NCBI GenBank assembly: GCA_965204535.1
Contig: OZ241996.1
Coordinates: forward strand, 992,001 to 1,056,000
DNA: 64,000 bases
Direction of reading: 5' to 3'
Origin: a bacterium
GTDB lineage: Bacteria > UBA8248
Made by a program: the position numbers and the translations under genes. This document shows positions 10,286 to 19,303 of this stretch, piece by piece. The first letter of the stretch is position 1, and every line of letters begins with the position of its first letter. Below the pieces are notes generated by a model that saw only the letters and a program-made list of their open reading frames with translations, searched no databases and was not told where the DNA came from.

Positions 10286-10678
10286 CTAGTCTTCCACGAA
10301 GGCGATCGCGTCGATCTCGATGAGCCACTCGGGTTTCGCCAGGCCGCTCACGATCAGGAGCGTGCTCGCCGGGTACGGCTCGTTGAAGTAGGTTTGCCGT
10401 ACCTCCATACATCCCGGGACATTTGCAGAGTCGGTGATATAGACGGTCAGGCGGATGATGTCCGCCATCCCGGCGCCCGCCGCTTCGAGCGCGGCCTTGA
10501 TGTTCTCGTACACCTGCCGGGTCTGGCCTCTGATATCGTCTCCTCCGACGGTGTTCCCATCTACGTCGACCGCCACCTGACCCGCCAGCATGATGAGATG
10601 TCCGTTCGATACCTTCCAGCCCGTTGAATACGCGGCGACCGGTTTCACCTTATCGGAATTGATCTGTTGTTTCGCCAT
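10286..10678 (-). CDS. RidA/YjgF family protein
   Basis: AGQV, PASTL..V..L...WLIEIDAIA; ATG at 10678 after GGGAG. Confidence 0.88.
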   Translation of the reverse strand: MAKQQINSDKVKPVAAYSTGWKVSNGHLIMLAGQVAVDVDGNTVGGDDIRGQTRQVYENIKAALEAAGAGMADIIRLTVYITDSANVPGCMEVRQTYFNEPYPASTLLIVSGLAKPEWLIEIDAIAFVED

Positions 10679-10823
10679 TGGGTTCTCCCTCTCGCATCTC
10701 ATCAGAAAAGAATGGTCATCTTCCCCGGAAACGGAAATCTAGCACGGGGCCGAACACGAGGCAACGCGAACGGGGTTGTTGAAAAACCCCCCACCGGGGG
10801 AACCGCCTTTGCCTCCCTGAAAA

Positions 10824-11033
10824 GGGTTTGTTGAAAAACCCGGTTACGGCAGCGGGCTTCGCAGAAGGCCTGACATCCTCATCCTGAGTAGGCGCGTAAG
10901 CGCCGTATCGAAGGATGGGGGTGCATCTCTCCGGCGGGCGCGAACTTCACCCTTCGATACGCGGCTACGCCGCTACTCAGAGTGAGGCGAACGGCGGCAC
11001 TGCTCGGGGCGGAGGGGCTTTTTTAACAACCCT
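10824..11033. mobile_element. MITE with IS1182-type ends carrying repeat family C, inserted in a CCCTGAnAAGGG palindrome
   Basis: Ends GGGTTTGTTGAAAAACCC / TTTTTAACAACCCT; flanks GAAAA/GAGAA; a further left-end copy GGGGTTGTTGAAAAACCCC at 10772. Confidence 0.6.
10877..10987. repeat. Palindromic repeat family C (CCTCATCCTGAGTA..TCGAAGG / CCTTCGATAC..TACTCAG.GTGAGG)
   Basis: Inverted halves; second copy at 39131-39260. Confidence 0.8.
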
Positions 11034-11297
11034 GAGAAGGGGGGACAGGGGGGGTGCCTTTCAAGGCGAGGGGAGCGAGTGAAGCATGATTCACTCCGAA
11101 CTCCACAACCCCCCTCGTCGAACCCCCACCCCCCTTGTCAGGGGGCTTTTTTAGTGGCCCCGAGAGGGTGCGATTTTTCGTGAAATTGGATTTTTCGTGT
11201 GATAGATTCTGACTGAAAATCATGACTGGAATCACCAAACCGCAGTGTGGCATGCGAATGAATTGCATGTTTCACCGAGCGGACGAGGAGAGGACCC

Positions 11298-11897
11298 GTG
11301 GGGAAAATGCCAAAGTACGAGATAAGCGAAGTTTTAGGGAAAATAATGTGGCGATTTTGGCGTCACGGCTATTCTGCGACATCGATCAGAGATCTCGAGG
11401 AAGCGACGGGTCTCTTTCGAGGCAGTTTATACCACGCATTCGGCGATAAGCGTGAGATGTTCGTCCAGGCGCTCCACCATTACGACCAGCTCTATCGCAA
11501 AGCTCCCATCGAGGAACTCGAAAAGCATCCCTCGCCGCGCGAGGCGGTGCTGGCCGTTTTCGAAACCGCCGCCTCCGTCGCGGTGGAGGATGGTTTGCAA
11601 AACGGCTGTCTCGAAGTCAACGCCGCCCTGGAGCTTGGGGCGCACGACGAGGGGGTGGCTTCTTTCATTGCCGACGCTTTCGCCGGCATGTCGAAGTTCT
11701 TTTTCGCTTCTATCGAGCGGGGGCAGGCGCATGGGGAGATTTGCCCCGAAGTTGCTCCGGAGCAAACGGCGAAATCTCTACTCGGTCTGTTCCTCGGTCT
11801 GAGGGTGCTGTCGTGCGTTTCTCCCGACCGGAGCTTTCTGGAATCCGTCGTCGAACAGGCGAAAGCCCTCTTGCCGCCGCCTACCCCTGCTTCGTAG
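11298..11897 (+). CDS. TetR/AcrR family transcriptional regulator
   Basis: FWRHGYSATSIRDL..ATGL.RGSLYHAFGDK HTH; NGCL.VN. Confidence 0.9.
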   Translation: MGKMPKYEISEVLGKIMWRFWRHGYSATSIRDLEEATGLFRGSLYHAFGDKREMFVQALHHYDQLYRKAPIEELEKHPSPREAVLAVFETAASVAVEDGLQNGCLEVNAALELGAHDEGVASFIADAFAGMSKFFFASIERGQAHGEICPEVAPEQTAKSLLGLFLGLRVLSCVSPDRSFLESVVEQAKALLPPPTPAS

Positions 11898-11944
11898 GCT
11901 TCGGGACAAGAGCAGACATCGGTTTTGCGTATCCAAAACCTCCC

Positions 11945-13021
11945 TCAACCAATATCGATCTTCCGCGTCACGGAGCGCGTGGGGCCGAAGGTGGGCATGT
12001 AGCATGAATGCTTGCCGGCGCCGCCCGCCACGATGAGGAGCAAATCGTCCGGCTCGTCCAGAAGCGGGAGCTCGAAATCATCGTCGTCTTCGTGTTCGGC
12101 TATTTCCTCGCCCCAGGTCTGCATCCCCCACATGGCGCCGCGCTTTAGCTGGCGCACGGGCTTACGGGCGAGTTCGAAAATTCTCCCCTTCACGTCCGCT
12201 TTCGTGAGGCCGTCTCCCGCGATGGTCGCCGCGTGCTCGGGACCTAAGGCGAGAACCGGTTCTCCGCGCAGATAGAAGTTGTTGCACCCCATGATGGACA
12301 TCGTATCGGCGGCGGTGGCGAGAATCCCTTCCGCCGTGTGGCTTACGTGGTCGTTGATGTTGTGGGGTCCCTCGCAGCCCACGAGCGTCACCGCGCTCTC
12401 ATCGGGAGAAAGACCGCGCTCGACGTGCAGCGGCTCCCACGGGGAGGCCGACTCGTTCTCGGCGATGCAGAACGCGTATTTCGCGGGCGAGCCTTGCGTG
12501 GCGCGGTCCAGAACGCCCGGGCTCGCGCCGCCCACGTTCAGGAGCGTCAGGCGCATCGCGCGTCCAATCGTCGCGTTTGCCCGGTTGCCGGGGGCGAAGC
12601 ACCCGTACTCGGCGTTGAGACCGATTTCCTCGACGACGGGGCCGTTCACGATGATGAGGGGCGCCACCGGATGGGTCGTCGCCTGAATCGCATGGAGCGA
12701 GAATTCGGGTTCGAGCACCGCGCGGGCCGCCGCCGCCAGAACGGGCATGTATGCCGGAAGGCAACCGGCCATCACGGCGTTCACGGCGAGAACTTCCACC
12801 GTGATGACGCCCTGGCGAGGCGGCATAAGCCCGATTTCCGCATCGGGCGCGAGTCCTGCGCCCTCCACCATCCGGGCGACGCGCTCGGGCGTGGGGGGAA
12901 CGACGGGCAGGCCGTCGCCCCAGCCTCTCGCTTCGAGCAGGCGTGCCATCGCCTCGGGCGTGTCGCGCACCTTCACGCGCTCGCTCTCGAACATCAGATT
13001 TTCCTGAGAGTGGTCATTCAC
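11945..13021 (-). CDS. Conserved hypothetical protein, probable partner of the UGSC selenoprotein
   Basis: GWGDGLPVVPPT, AVNAVMAGC, GNRANATIGRA, AENE..SPW.PLHVERG, IVAGGAGKHS motifs; 12 bp after the UGSC gene. Confidence 0.75.
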   Translation of the reverse strand: MNDHSQENLMFESERVKVRDTPEAMARLLEARGWGDGLPVVPPTPERVARMVEGAGLAPDAEIGLMPPRQGVITVEVLAVNAVMAGCLPAYMPVLAAAARAVLEPEFSLHAIQATTHPVAPLIIVNGPVVEEIGLNAEYGCFAPGNRANATIGRAMRLTLLNVGGASPGVLDRATQGSPAKYAFCIAENESASPWEPLHVERGLSPDESAVTLVGCEGPHNINDHVSHTAEGILATAADTMSIMGCNNFYLRGEPVLALGPEHAATIAGDGLTKADVKGRIFELARKPVRQLKRGAMWGMQTWGEEIAEHEDDDDFELPLLDEPDDLLLIVAGGAGKHSCYMPTFGPTRSVTRKIDIG

Positions 13022-13033
13022 ATCGAAGCCCGC

Positions 13034-13642
13034 CTATGCGAAGAGCGCCTTGTGGCGCACGGTCTTGCGTGGCGGGACGTATTCGCGCTCGCGGTATTCT
13101 CGTCTGAGCGACTCCGCATCGCTCGTGAGGATGCGCCGAACCTCTTCCACCGCGCCGTCGCCCAAGGCGCGCGCTTGTTCGGGCGCGATGCCGCCGACCG
13201 GATGCGCCACGACGACTATGGGAAGGCCGGGCATCCCCAGCGCCGTTCTCTCGTTCGCGCCCAGGGCCGAGAATTCACTCGAGCAGAACGTGGCCGTCGG
13301 AACACCCGCTTTTTCCATCTCCACCGAGTCATGGATACTCCATGACGTGCAGCTCCCTCAGTCGCCCACCGCGCAGACGGCGACGTCCACCTGTTCGAGG
13401 AATTCCTCGAGGCGATCCTCAGGCAGGGTGGGGTTCGGCTTTCCCCAGCGGACGAAGCGCAGCGTCTCGTCCTCCTGGGCGAACAGCTCCTCGATCCGCT
13501 CGAGCAGGACGTCGGCGTTGGGCTTGTTGTTGTGGAAAAAGCCTATTTTAAGTCCCCCCAGGTCTTCGGGACGTTCCGCCAAGGGGTGGTCGCCCGCGCG
13601 GACGAAAGAGGTGGGTTGTAAGATTTCAATCGTCTGGCTCAT
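13034..13642 (-). CDS. UGSC-motif selenoprotein (202 aa, Sec at in-frame TGA 13360-13358)
   Basis: ORFs 13358-13642 and 13034-13324 are in frame. Reading through gives AVGD-U-GSCTSWSIHDSVEMEKAGVPT; SECIS-like hairpin follows the TGA. Confidence 0.88.
13328..13346 (-). promoter_or_regulatory. Bacterial SECIS-like hairpin
   Basis: GUCAUGGA-GUA-UCCAUGAC: perfect 8-bp stem starting 11 nt after the UGA, apical loop begins with G. Confidence 0.75.
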
Positions 13643-13670
13643 CTCGAATCTCCGTAATGGGGATGTTGGA

Positions 13671-14837
13671 CTACAAACTCAATAAATTCTGGGCGATGAC
13701 CATGCGCTGTATCTGGTTGGTCCCCTCGATAATCTGCAACTGCTTCGCGTCTCTCATGAACCGCTCGAGCGGATGGTCTTTCATGTAGCCCGCGCCGCCG
13801 AGCACCTGAACCCCGTCCACAGCGGCCTTCATGGCGGCGTCAGTAGCGTAGCATTTCGCGGCGCAGATGAAATGCACGTGTTCTTTCCGGTAGCGGCCAT
13901 TATCCACCATCGAGGCGGCGCGGTAAACGAGCATTCGGGCGGCTTCGGTTTCCATGAACATGTCGGCGAGCATGAACTGCACGGCCTGGTGCTGCGCGAT
14001 GGGCTTTCCGAAGGCCTCGCGCTCCTTGGCATAATTCGAGGCGTAATCGAGACACCCCTGCGCCAGACCCACGCCCCGCGCGCCGATGGCGGGCCGCGCC
14101 TGGTTGAAGCCGAGCATGGCCGTCTTGAAGCCGAGGCCGCGCTCGCCGATCATGTTCTCCAAGGGAACGCGCGAGTCTTCCAGGAACACCTCACAGGTCG
14201 GTATCCCCCGCATCCCCATCTTGCGTTCATGACGCCCCACGCGGAATGCGCCCCTGGGAACGATGAAGAACGATATGCCCTTCGCCCCCATCTCGGGTTC
14301 GGTTTTCGCCGCCACGGTGATGAAATCCGCGACGCTCGAACCCGTGCAGTAGCATTTCTGGCCGTTGATGACCCACGAATCGCCGTCCCGGACCGCCCTT
14401 GTCGATATGTTCGCGGCGTCAGAACCCGCGTGCGGCTCGGTGAGCGAGAAGGCGGGCCGCAAATCGCCTTTGGCGACGCCTCCGAGATAGGTTTTTTTCT
14501 GTTCCTCGCTTCCGCCGATGGCGACGGGCCGTGTGGCGAGCAGGTGGACGGAGAAGAAAAGAGGGGAGTTCGAGCAAAAGCGCGCCATCTGCTCGATGGC
14601 AACGCAGGTTTCGAGTATTCCGAGTCCCGCTCCACCATAGGCTTCGGGAACGTAGAGGCCGAGAAGATCGTGGGATTTTAAGAGCTGAAATATGTCTTCG
14701 GGGTATTCGTCGTTCTCGTCGACCGCAGCGGCGCATGGCGCGACGTGGCGTCGGCTCAGTTCATAAACCGTCTCGGCCAGCATCCGCTGGGCCGGTGTGA
14801 GTTCGAACGCGCCCCCGGTATCCACCTTACCCGTCAC
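13671..14837 (-). CDS. Acyl-CoA dehydrogenase
   Basis: FSLTEPHAGSDA, INGQK, KMGMRG, RDAKQLQIIEGTNQIQR. Confidence 0.93.
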   Translation of the reverse strand: MTGKVDTGGAFELTPAQRMLAETVYELSRRHVAPCAAAVDENDEYPEDIFQLLKSHDLLGLYVPEAYGGAGLGILETCVAIEQMARFCSNSPLFFSVHLLATRPVAIGGSEEQKKTYLGGVAKGDLRPAFSLTEPHAGSDAANISTRAVRDGDSWVINGQKCYCTGSSVADFITVAAKTEPEMGAKGISFFIVPRGAFRVGRHERKMGMRGIPTCEVFLEDSRVPLENMIGERGLGFKTAMLGFNQARPAIGARGVGLAQGCLDYASNYAKEREAFGKPIAQHQAVQFMLADMFMETEAARMLVYRAASMVDNGRYRKEHVHFICAAKCYATDAAMKAAVDGVQVLGGAGYMKDHPLERFMRDAKQLQIIEGTNQIQRMVIAQNLLSL

Positions 14838-14850
14838 CCCCGGATTGCCC

Positions 14851-16023
14851 CTAGAGGCCGAGCAGGTTCCGGGCGATGATCATCCGCTGAATCTGGCTCG
14901 TTCCCTCGACGATCTGGATTTGCTTGGCGTCGCGCATGAACCGCTCGAGCGGGTGGTCCTTCATGTAGCCCGCCCCGCCGAGGACCTGGATGCTGTCTAT
15001 CGCGCACTTCATCGCCATGTCGGCCGCGTAGGTCTTGGCCGTCGAGAAATACCTGGCGTTCTCCTTGCCTATCTGGCCGGCGTCCACCAGGGCCGCCGCG
15101 CGGTAGACGAGCAGCCGCGCCGCCTCGATGTCCATGAACATGTCGGCGAGCATGAACTGCACGGCCTGGTGTTGGGCGATGGGCTTGCCGAACGCCTCGC
15201 GCTCCTTGGCGTAGTTCGCCGCGTAGTCGAGACACCCCTGCGCGAGACCCACCGCGCGCGAGCCGATGGCGGGGCGCATCTGGTTGAAGCCCACCATCGC
15301 GGTCTTGAAGCCCCCGTTCAACTCGCCCACCTGGTTCTCGATCGGGATGGCCACGTTGTCGAGATTGAGCATGCAGGTGGCGACCCCCCGCATCCCCATC
15401 TTGCACTCGTGCTTGGCGATGCTGAAGCCCGGCGCGTCGGTGGGCACGATGTAGTAGGTGATGCCGCGCGTGCCCGCGTGGGGGTCGGTCTTGGCGGCCA
15501 CGGTGATGAAGTCCGCCTTGTCGGGCCCCGTGCAGAAGCACTTCGTGCCGTTGATGACCCACTCATCACCCTCCTTGACGGCGCGCGTGCGGATGTTGCC
15601 GGCGTCGGAACCCGCGTGGGGTTCGGTGAGCGCGTAGGAGCCCCTGAGTTCGCCCTTCGCGAGGCCGGTCATGTAGTGGTCTTTCTGCTCCTGCGTGCCG
15701 CTTAAGTCGATGACGCGGCTCGAGAGCATGTTGAGCACGATGAACAGCGGCGAATTCGAGCAGACGCGCGCGATCTCCTCGATGGCGACGCACCCGCCCA
15801 GAAAGCCCATGCCGCCGCCCCCGTATTCTTCGGGGAAGAAGATGCCGAGCAGGCCGTATTCCTTTTGCAGCTGGTAGATGTCCTCGGGGTATTCCTCGTT
15901 CTCGTCGATGTCGGCGGCCCGCGGAGCGATGTAGCGCTCCGAAAGTTCGCGGACCGTCTGGCGGAGCATCTTCTGGGTTTCGTCGAGGTCGAATTGCAGC
16001 GTGGTTTCCGTTTGCAGGCTCAT
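14851..16023 (-). CDS. Acyl-CoA dehydrogenase (paralog of the adjacent gene)
   Basis: YALTEPHAGSDA, INGTK, KMGMRG, RDAKQIQIVEGTSQIQR; ATG at 16023 after GGAG. Confidence 0.93.
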   Translation of the reverse strand: MSLQTETTLQFDLDETQKMLRQTVRELSERYIAPRAADIDENEEYPEDIYQLQKEYGLLGIFFPEEYGGGGMGFLGGCVAIEEIARVCSNSPLFIVLNMLSSRVIDLSGTQEQKDHYMTGLAKGELRGSYALTEPHAGSDAGNIRTRAVKEGDEWVINGTKCFCTGPDKADFITVAAKTDPHAGTRGITYYIVPTDAPGFSIAKHECKMGMRGVATCMLNLDNVAIPIENQVGELNGGFKTAMVGFNQMRPAIGSRAVGLAQGCLDYAANYAKEREAFGKPIAQHQAVQFMLADMFMDIEAARLLVYRAAALVDAGQIGKENARYFSTAKTYAADMAMKCAIDSIQVLGGAGYMKDHPLERFMRDAKQIQIVEGTSQIQRMIIARNLLGL

Positions 16024-16146
16024 TTCATGGCTCCAGCGGTTTGATTTTCGATGGGAATGCGATAGGCAAGTTGATGAAAACCTTATAAAATTTTCCAACC
16101 AATAAGTTATGAGGCAAAATTGAAACAATCACATTAAGTATATGCA

Positions 16147-16407
16147 CTAACGGTAGATGTCTTTTCGGTGCCCGATGTCGAGAATGGTGATTATAGAGCG
16201 GCCCTCAAGAGCATACAAAATCCGGTAATCCCCCGATCGTATCCTGTATACATCGCTCGAAATCCCGCGGACTCTCGTTCCTCCATGCGCTTCTGCGTCC
16301 GCCAATCTGTCAATCTTGTTCCTTATCTGTCGCTTCAGTTTTTTGGTCGGGAGTTTTTCAAGAGCATGTATCGCTCTATCCGTATACCGAATTTCGGACG
16401 GATTCAC
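16147..16407 (-). CDS. RelE/ParE family toxin
   Basis: YRIRSGDYRILY...ILDIGHRKDIYR; GTG start overlaps the antitoxin stop (TAGTG). Confidence 0.88.
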   Translation of the reverse strand: MNPSEIRYTDRAIHALEKLPTKKLKRQIRNKIDRLADAEAHGGTRVRGISSDVYRIRSGDYRILYALEGRSIITILDIGHRKDIYR

Positions 16408-16586
16408 TACTCGGTGATGCGATCAAGGGTCTCGGTTAATTCTTGTCCCGATACGAGTTTCTCACGCCCTTCTTCGATATCTCTCAGTATTTTCTCGGCC
16501 GTTTCGGCGTCGACGGTGTCTTCGAACTCTCCGGTTCCCTCGTGGTCCGCGACATCTTCAAGATTTTTCGCGACGTTCCGGCCCAT
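16407..16586 (-). CDS. Small acidic putative antitoxin
   Basis: 59 aa, acidic, coupled upstream of relE; AAGGAG RBS before ATG 16586. Confidence 0.7.
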   Translation of the reverse strand: MGRNVAKNLEDVADHEGTGEFEDTVDAETAEKILRDIEEGREKLVSGQELTETLDRITE

Positions 16587-16800
16587 CTCGTTTCTCCTTG
16601 TCCATGGGTATTCGCAATATAAATACATCGCTTTCGCTTTGTCAATTTTGCGTTGATTTGCACGGGAGGCATTTCATCCCTCTCGCAGCGATTGCGCCTC
16701 AACGCTTACGGGGGAATAATGTCCCGGATCCAATTTAGTTCGCTTAGGCGTTCGCCGAACCTCTCGACGTGCGCCCCGTTTCGATGGAGGAGTTTTGCGC

Positions 16801-17967
16801 ATGGACCTCGTCATACGCGGCGGATACGTCATAGACCCCTCACAGGGTCTGGAGGGGACGATGGACGTCGAAATCGCGCGCGGCCGCGTGCGGAGAGTCG
16901 CTCCCCACATCGAGCCGAAGGGCAGGCAGATCCTGAACGCGCGGGGGAAAATCGTCACGCCAGGCCTGGTCGACCTCCACTGCCATTTTTATGAGGGTTT
17001 TACGCACTACGGCGTGAATCTGGAGGCCGCCATGCTCTCGCGCGGGGTGACGACGGCGGTGGACACCGGCAGCGCGGGCGCGCAGACGTACCCGGGTTTT
17101 CAGGAATGGTTTTTGGAAAAAGCGCGCTTCACGGTGCGCGCGTACTTGAACATCTCGGAAGGCGGGCTCCTGATAGACGGCCTGGGCGAGAACATCGACA
17201 TGCGCGCGCTGCGTGTGGACAGGGCGGTGGATTGCTACCGGAAGCACCAAAAATACCTCATCGGCATGAAAGTGCGCTTAAGCAAGAACGTGGTGGAGCG
17301 AAGCGGCACGAAACCCCTGGACGCGGCGCTCGAGGCGGCGGAGTCTCTGAAAGTGCCCCTCATGGTGCACGTGGGCGACACGCCCTCTTCATTGCCGAGC
17401 ATCCTGAAGCGCCTCCGCCCAGGCGACGTGCTCACGCACGCGTTTCACGGCCGCAGCGAGAACATACTCGACAGGCGGGGCCGGGTGCGCCGCGCGGTGT
17501 GGGAGGCGCGGGATTCGGGCGTGCTGCTGGACGTGGCGCACGGGCGCTCGAGCTTCAGTTTCGAGATTATGGAGCGGGCCATGGCCCAGGGTCTGATGCC
17601 CGGAAACCTGAGCACCGACCTCCATACGCACTGCATCCACGGCCCGGTGTATGATTTTCCCAGTCTCATGAGCAAGTTTCTGGCCTTAGGACTCCCTCTC
17701 GCGGAAGTGGTGCGGCTCAGCACGCAGACGGCCGCCGAGTGGATCGGCCTCAAGGGGAAAGTGGGGACGCTCCAAAAGGGCGCGAGAGGCGACGTCGCCG
17801 TGTTCCGGATGAAGGAAGGCCGGTTCGTTTTCGAGGACAGCATGGGGGCGCGGCGCACGGGGAGGCGGATGCTCGAGGCGACGCACGTGGTCCTGGGAGG
17901 CAGGCTGCTCAGGCCGTCCGGGAAGGAGCGGCGTAGACTCACCGAGGTATCGGTAAAACAGAAATAA
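16801..17967 (+). CDS. Amidohydrolase/deacetylase family metallohydrolase (dihydroorotase-like)
   Basis: PGLVDLHCH, GVTTAVDTGSAG, GMKVR, MVHVG, LTHAFH, STDLH. Confidence 0.85.
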   Translation: MDLVIRGGYVIDPSQGLEGTMDVEIARGRVRRVAPHIEPKGRQILNARGKIVTPGLVDLHCHFYEGFTHYGVNLEAAMLSRGVTTAVDTGSAGAQTYPGFQEWFLEKARFTVRAYLNISEGGLLIDGLGENIDMRALRVDRAVDCYRKHQKYLIGMKVRLSKNVVERSGTKPLDAALEAAESLKVPLMVHVGDTPSSLPSILKRLRPGDVLTHAFHGRSENILDRRGRVRRAVWEARDSGVLLDVAHGRSSFSFEIMERAMAQGLMPGNLSTDLHTHCIHGPVYDFPSLMSKFLALGLPLAEVVRLSTQTAAEWIGLKGKVGTLQKGARGDVAVFRMKEGRFVFEDSMGARRTGRRMLEATHVVLGGRLLRPSGKERRRLTEVSVKQK

Positions 17968-18282
17968 TCTAAAATTCCGGCGCCGGGGGTTGACTCCCCG
18001 GCTTGGCAGGATTATTTTACGGCCTTGTTTTTCAGGGGAATAAAACTTTTTTTTGAAAATCCAGAGGCAAGCAGGATGCGGACGACGACAAGATATTGTG
18101 GCGGATATCGCTTTTTCGGCTTTATCCCCGTCCGTCCGCGCGCCGTGATGTAGCAAACAAAACGGCGGCGGGCGGACAGCCCGGCCGCCACGGACAATCG
18201 AGACACATTCGCCGTGGGAAGCCTCACGGCGATTTTTTTTAGGCTTGCGCTGAAAATTTCAAGAGGGAAAAGGAGATTTATC

Positions 18283-19302
18283 TTGATTATCGTGATGAAA
18301 CAAGGCGCGACGGATGAGGAAATCCAAAACGCCATCGGCAGGATCAACGAACTCGGCTACAAGGAGCACGTCATCAAAGGGGTGGAGCGTACGGTGATCG
18401 GGGCCATCGGGGATGAACGGGGGAAATACATGTTGGAATCACTTGTTTCGTTGAATGGAGTGGAAAGCGCGATGCCGATTCTCAAGCCCTTCAAACTGGC
18501 GAGCGCGGAGGGAAGGCCCGAGCGCAGCAAATTGCCGATGGGCGAGGGAGTGGAAATCGGCGGTGAGCAAATCATCATCGTCGGCGGGCCGTGCTCCGTG
18601 GAGAGCAGGGAGCAGATCATGGAATCCGCCGAAGTGGTAAAGAAGGGCGGCGGCCACGTCTTAAGGGGCGGCGCCTACAAGCCGCGCACCTCGCCGTACA
18701 GTTTCCAGGGCATGGCGGAAGAGGGCCTCGCACTCCTCGCCGAGGCGCGCGAAAAGACGGGACTTCCCATCCAGACGGAGGTCATGGACTCCGAAGACAT
18801 CGACGTGTGCTGCGAATATGCGGACGTGCTGCAAATCGGCGCGCGCAACGTGCAGAACTTCTCGTTGCTGAAAAAAGTCGGCAAGACGAACAAGACCATT
18901 TTCCTGAAGCGCGGCATGTCCACGACCATCGAAGAGTTCCTGATGTCGGCGGAATACATCATGAGCCAGGGGAACCCGAACGTCGTGCTGTGCGAGCGGG
19001 GGATACGCACCTTCGAGACGGCCACGCGCAACACGCTGGACATCAGCGCCGTGCCCGTGCTCAAGGAGCAGACGCATTTGCCGGTCGTGGTGGACCCGAG
19101 CCACGCGGCGGGCGCCTGGCGGTTCGTCGCGCCCCTGGCGAAGGCGGCCGTGGCCGTCGGGGCGGACGGCCTGATGCTGGAGATGCACCCCGAACCCGAG
19201 AGGGCGATGAGCGACGGACCGCAGTCGCTCAAACCCGAGAAGTTCGCCGCCCTCGTCGAGGAACTCAAGGTTTTCGCAGAGGCTGCCGGAAGAACGCTAT
19301 AG
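18283..19302 (+). CDS. aroF: 3-deoxy-7-phosphoheptulonate (DAHP) synthase, type I-beta with N-terminal regulatory domain
   Basis: [41 protein letters not shown]; TTG start after AGGAG. Confidence 0.93.
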   Translation: MIIVMKQGATDEEIQNAIGRINELGYKEHVIKGVERTVIGAIGDERGKYMLESLVSLNGVESAMPILKPFKLASAEGRPERSKLPMGEGVEIGGEQIIIVGGPCSVESREQIMESAEVVKKGGGHVLRGGAYKPRTSPYSFQGMAEEGLALLAEAREKTGLPIQTEVMDSEDIDVCCEYADVLQIGARNVQNFSLLKKVGKTNKTIFLKRGMSTTIEEFLMSAEYIMSQGNPNVVLCERGIRTFETATRNTLDISAVPVLKEQTHLPVVVDPSHAAGAWRFVAPLAKAAVAVGADGLMLEMHPEPERAMSDGPQSLKPEKFAALVEELKVFAEAAGRTL

Positions 19303-19303
19303 C

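Noticed and set aside
11172-11199. GATTTTTCGTG direct repeat upstream of tetR
   Set aside because: Only two copies and not palindromic as TetR operators usually are; insufficient support
18088-18101. ACAAGATATTGTGG NrdR-box-like palindrome upstream of aroF (also CAACAATATTGTTG at 3558-3571)
   Set aside because: Single copies, not upstream of nucleotide-reduction genes; may be chance
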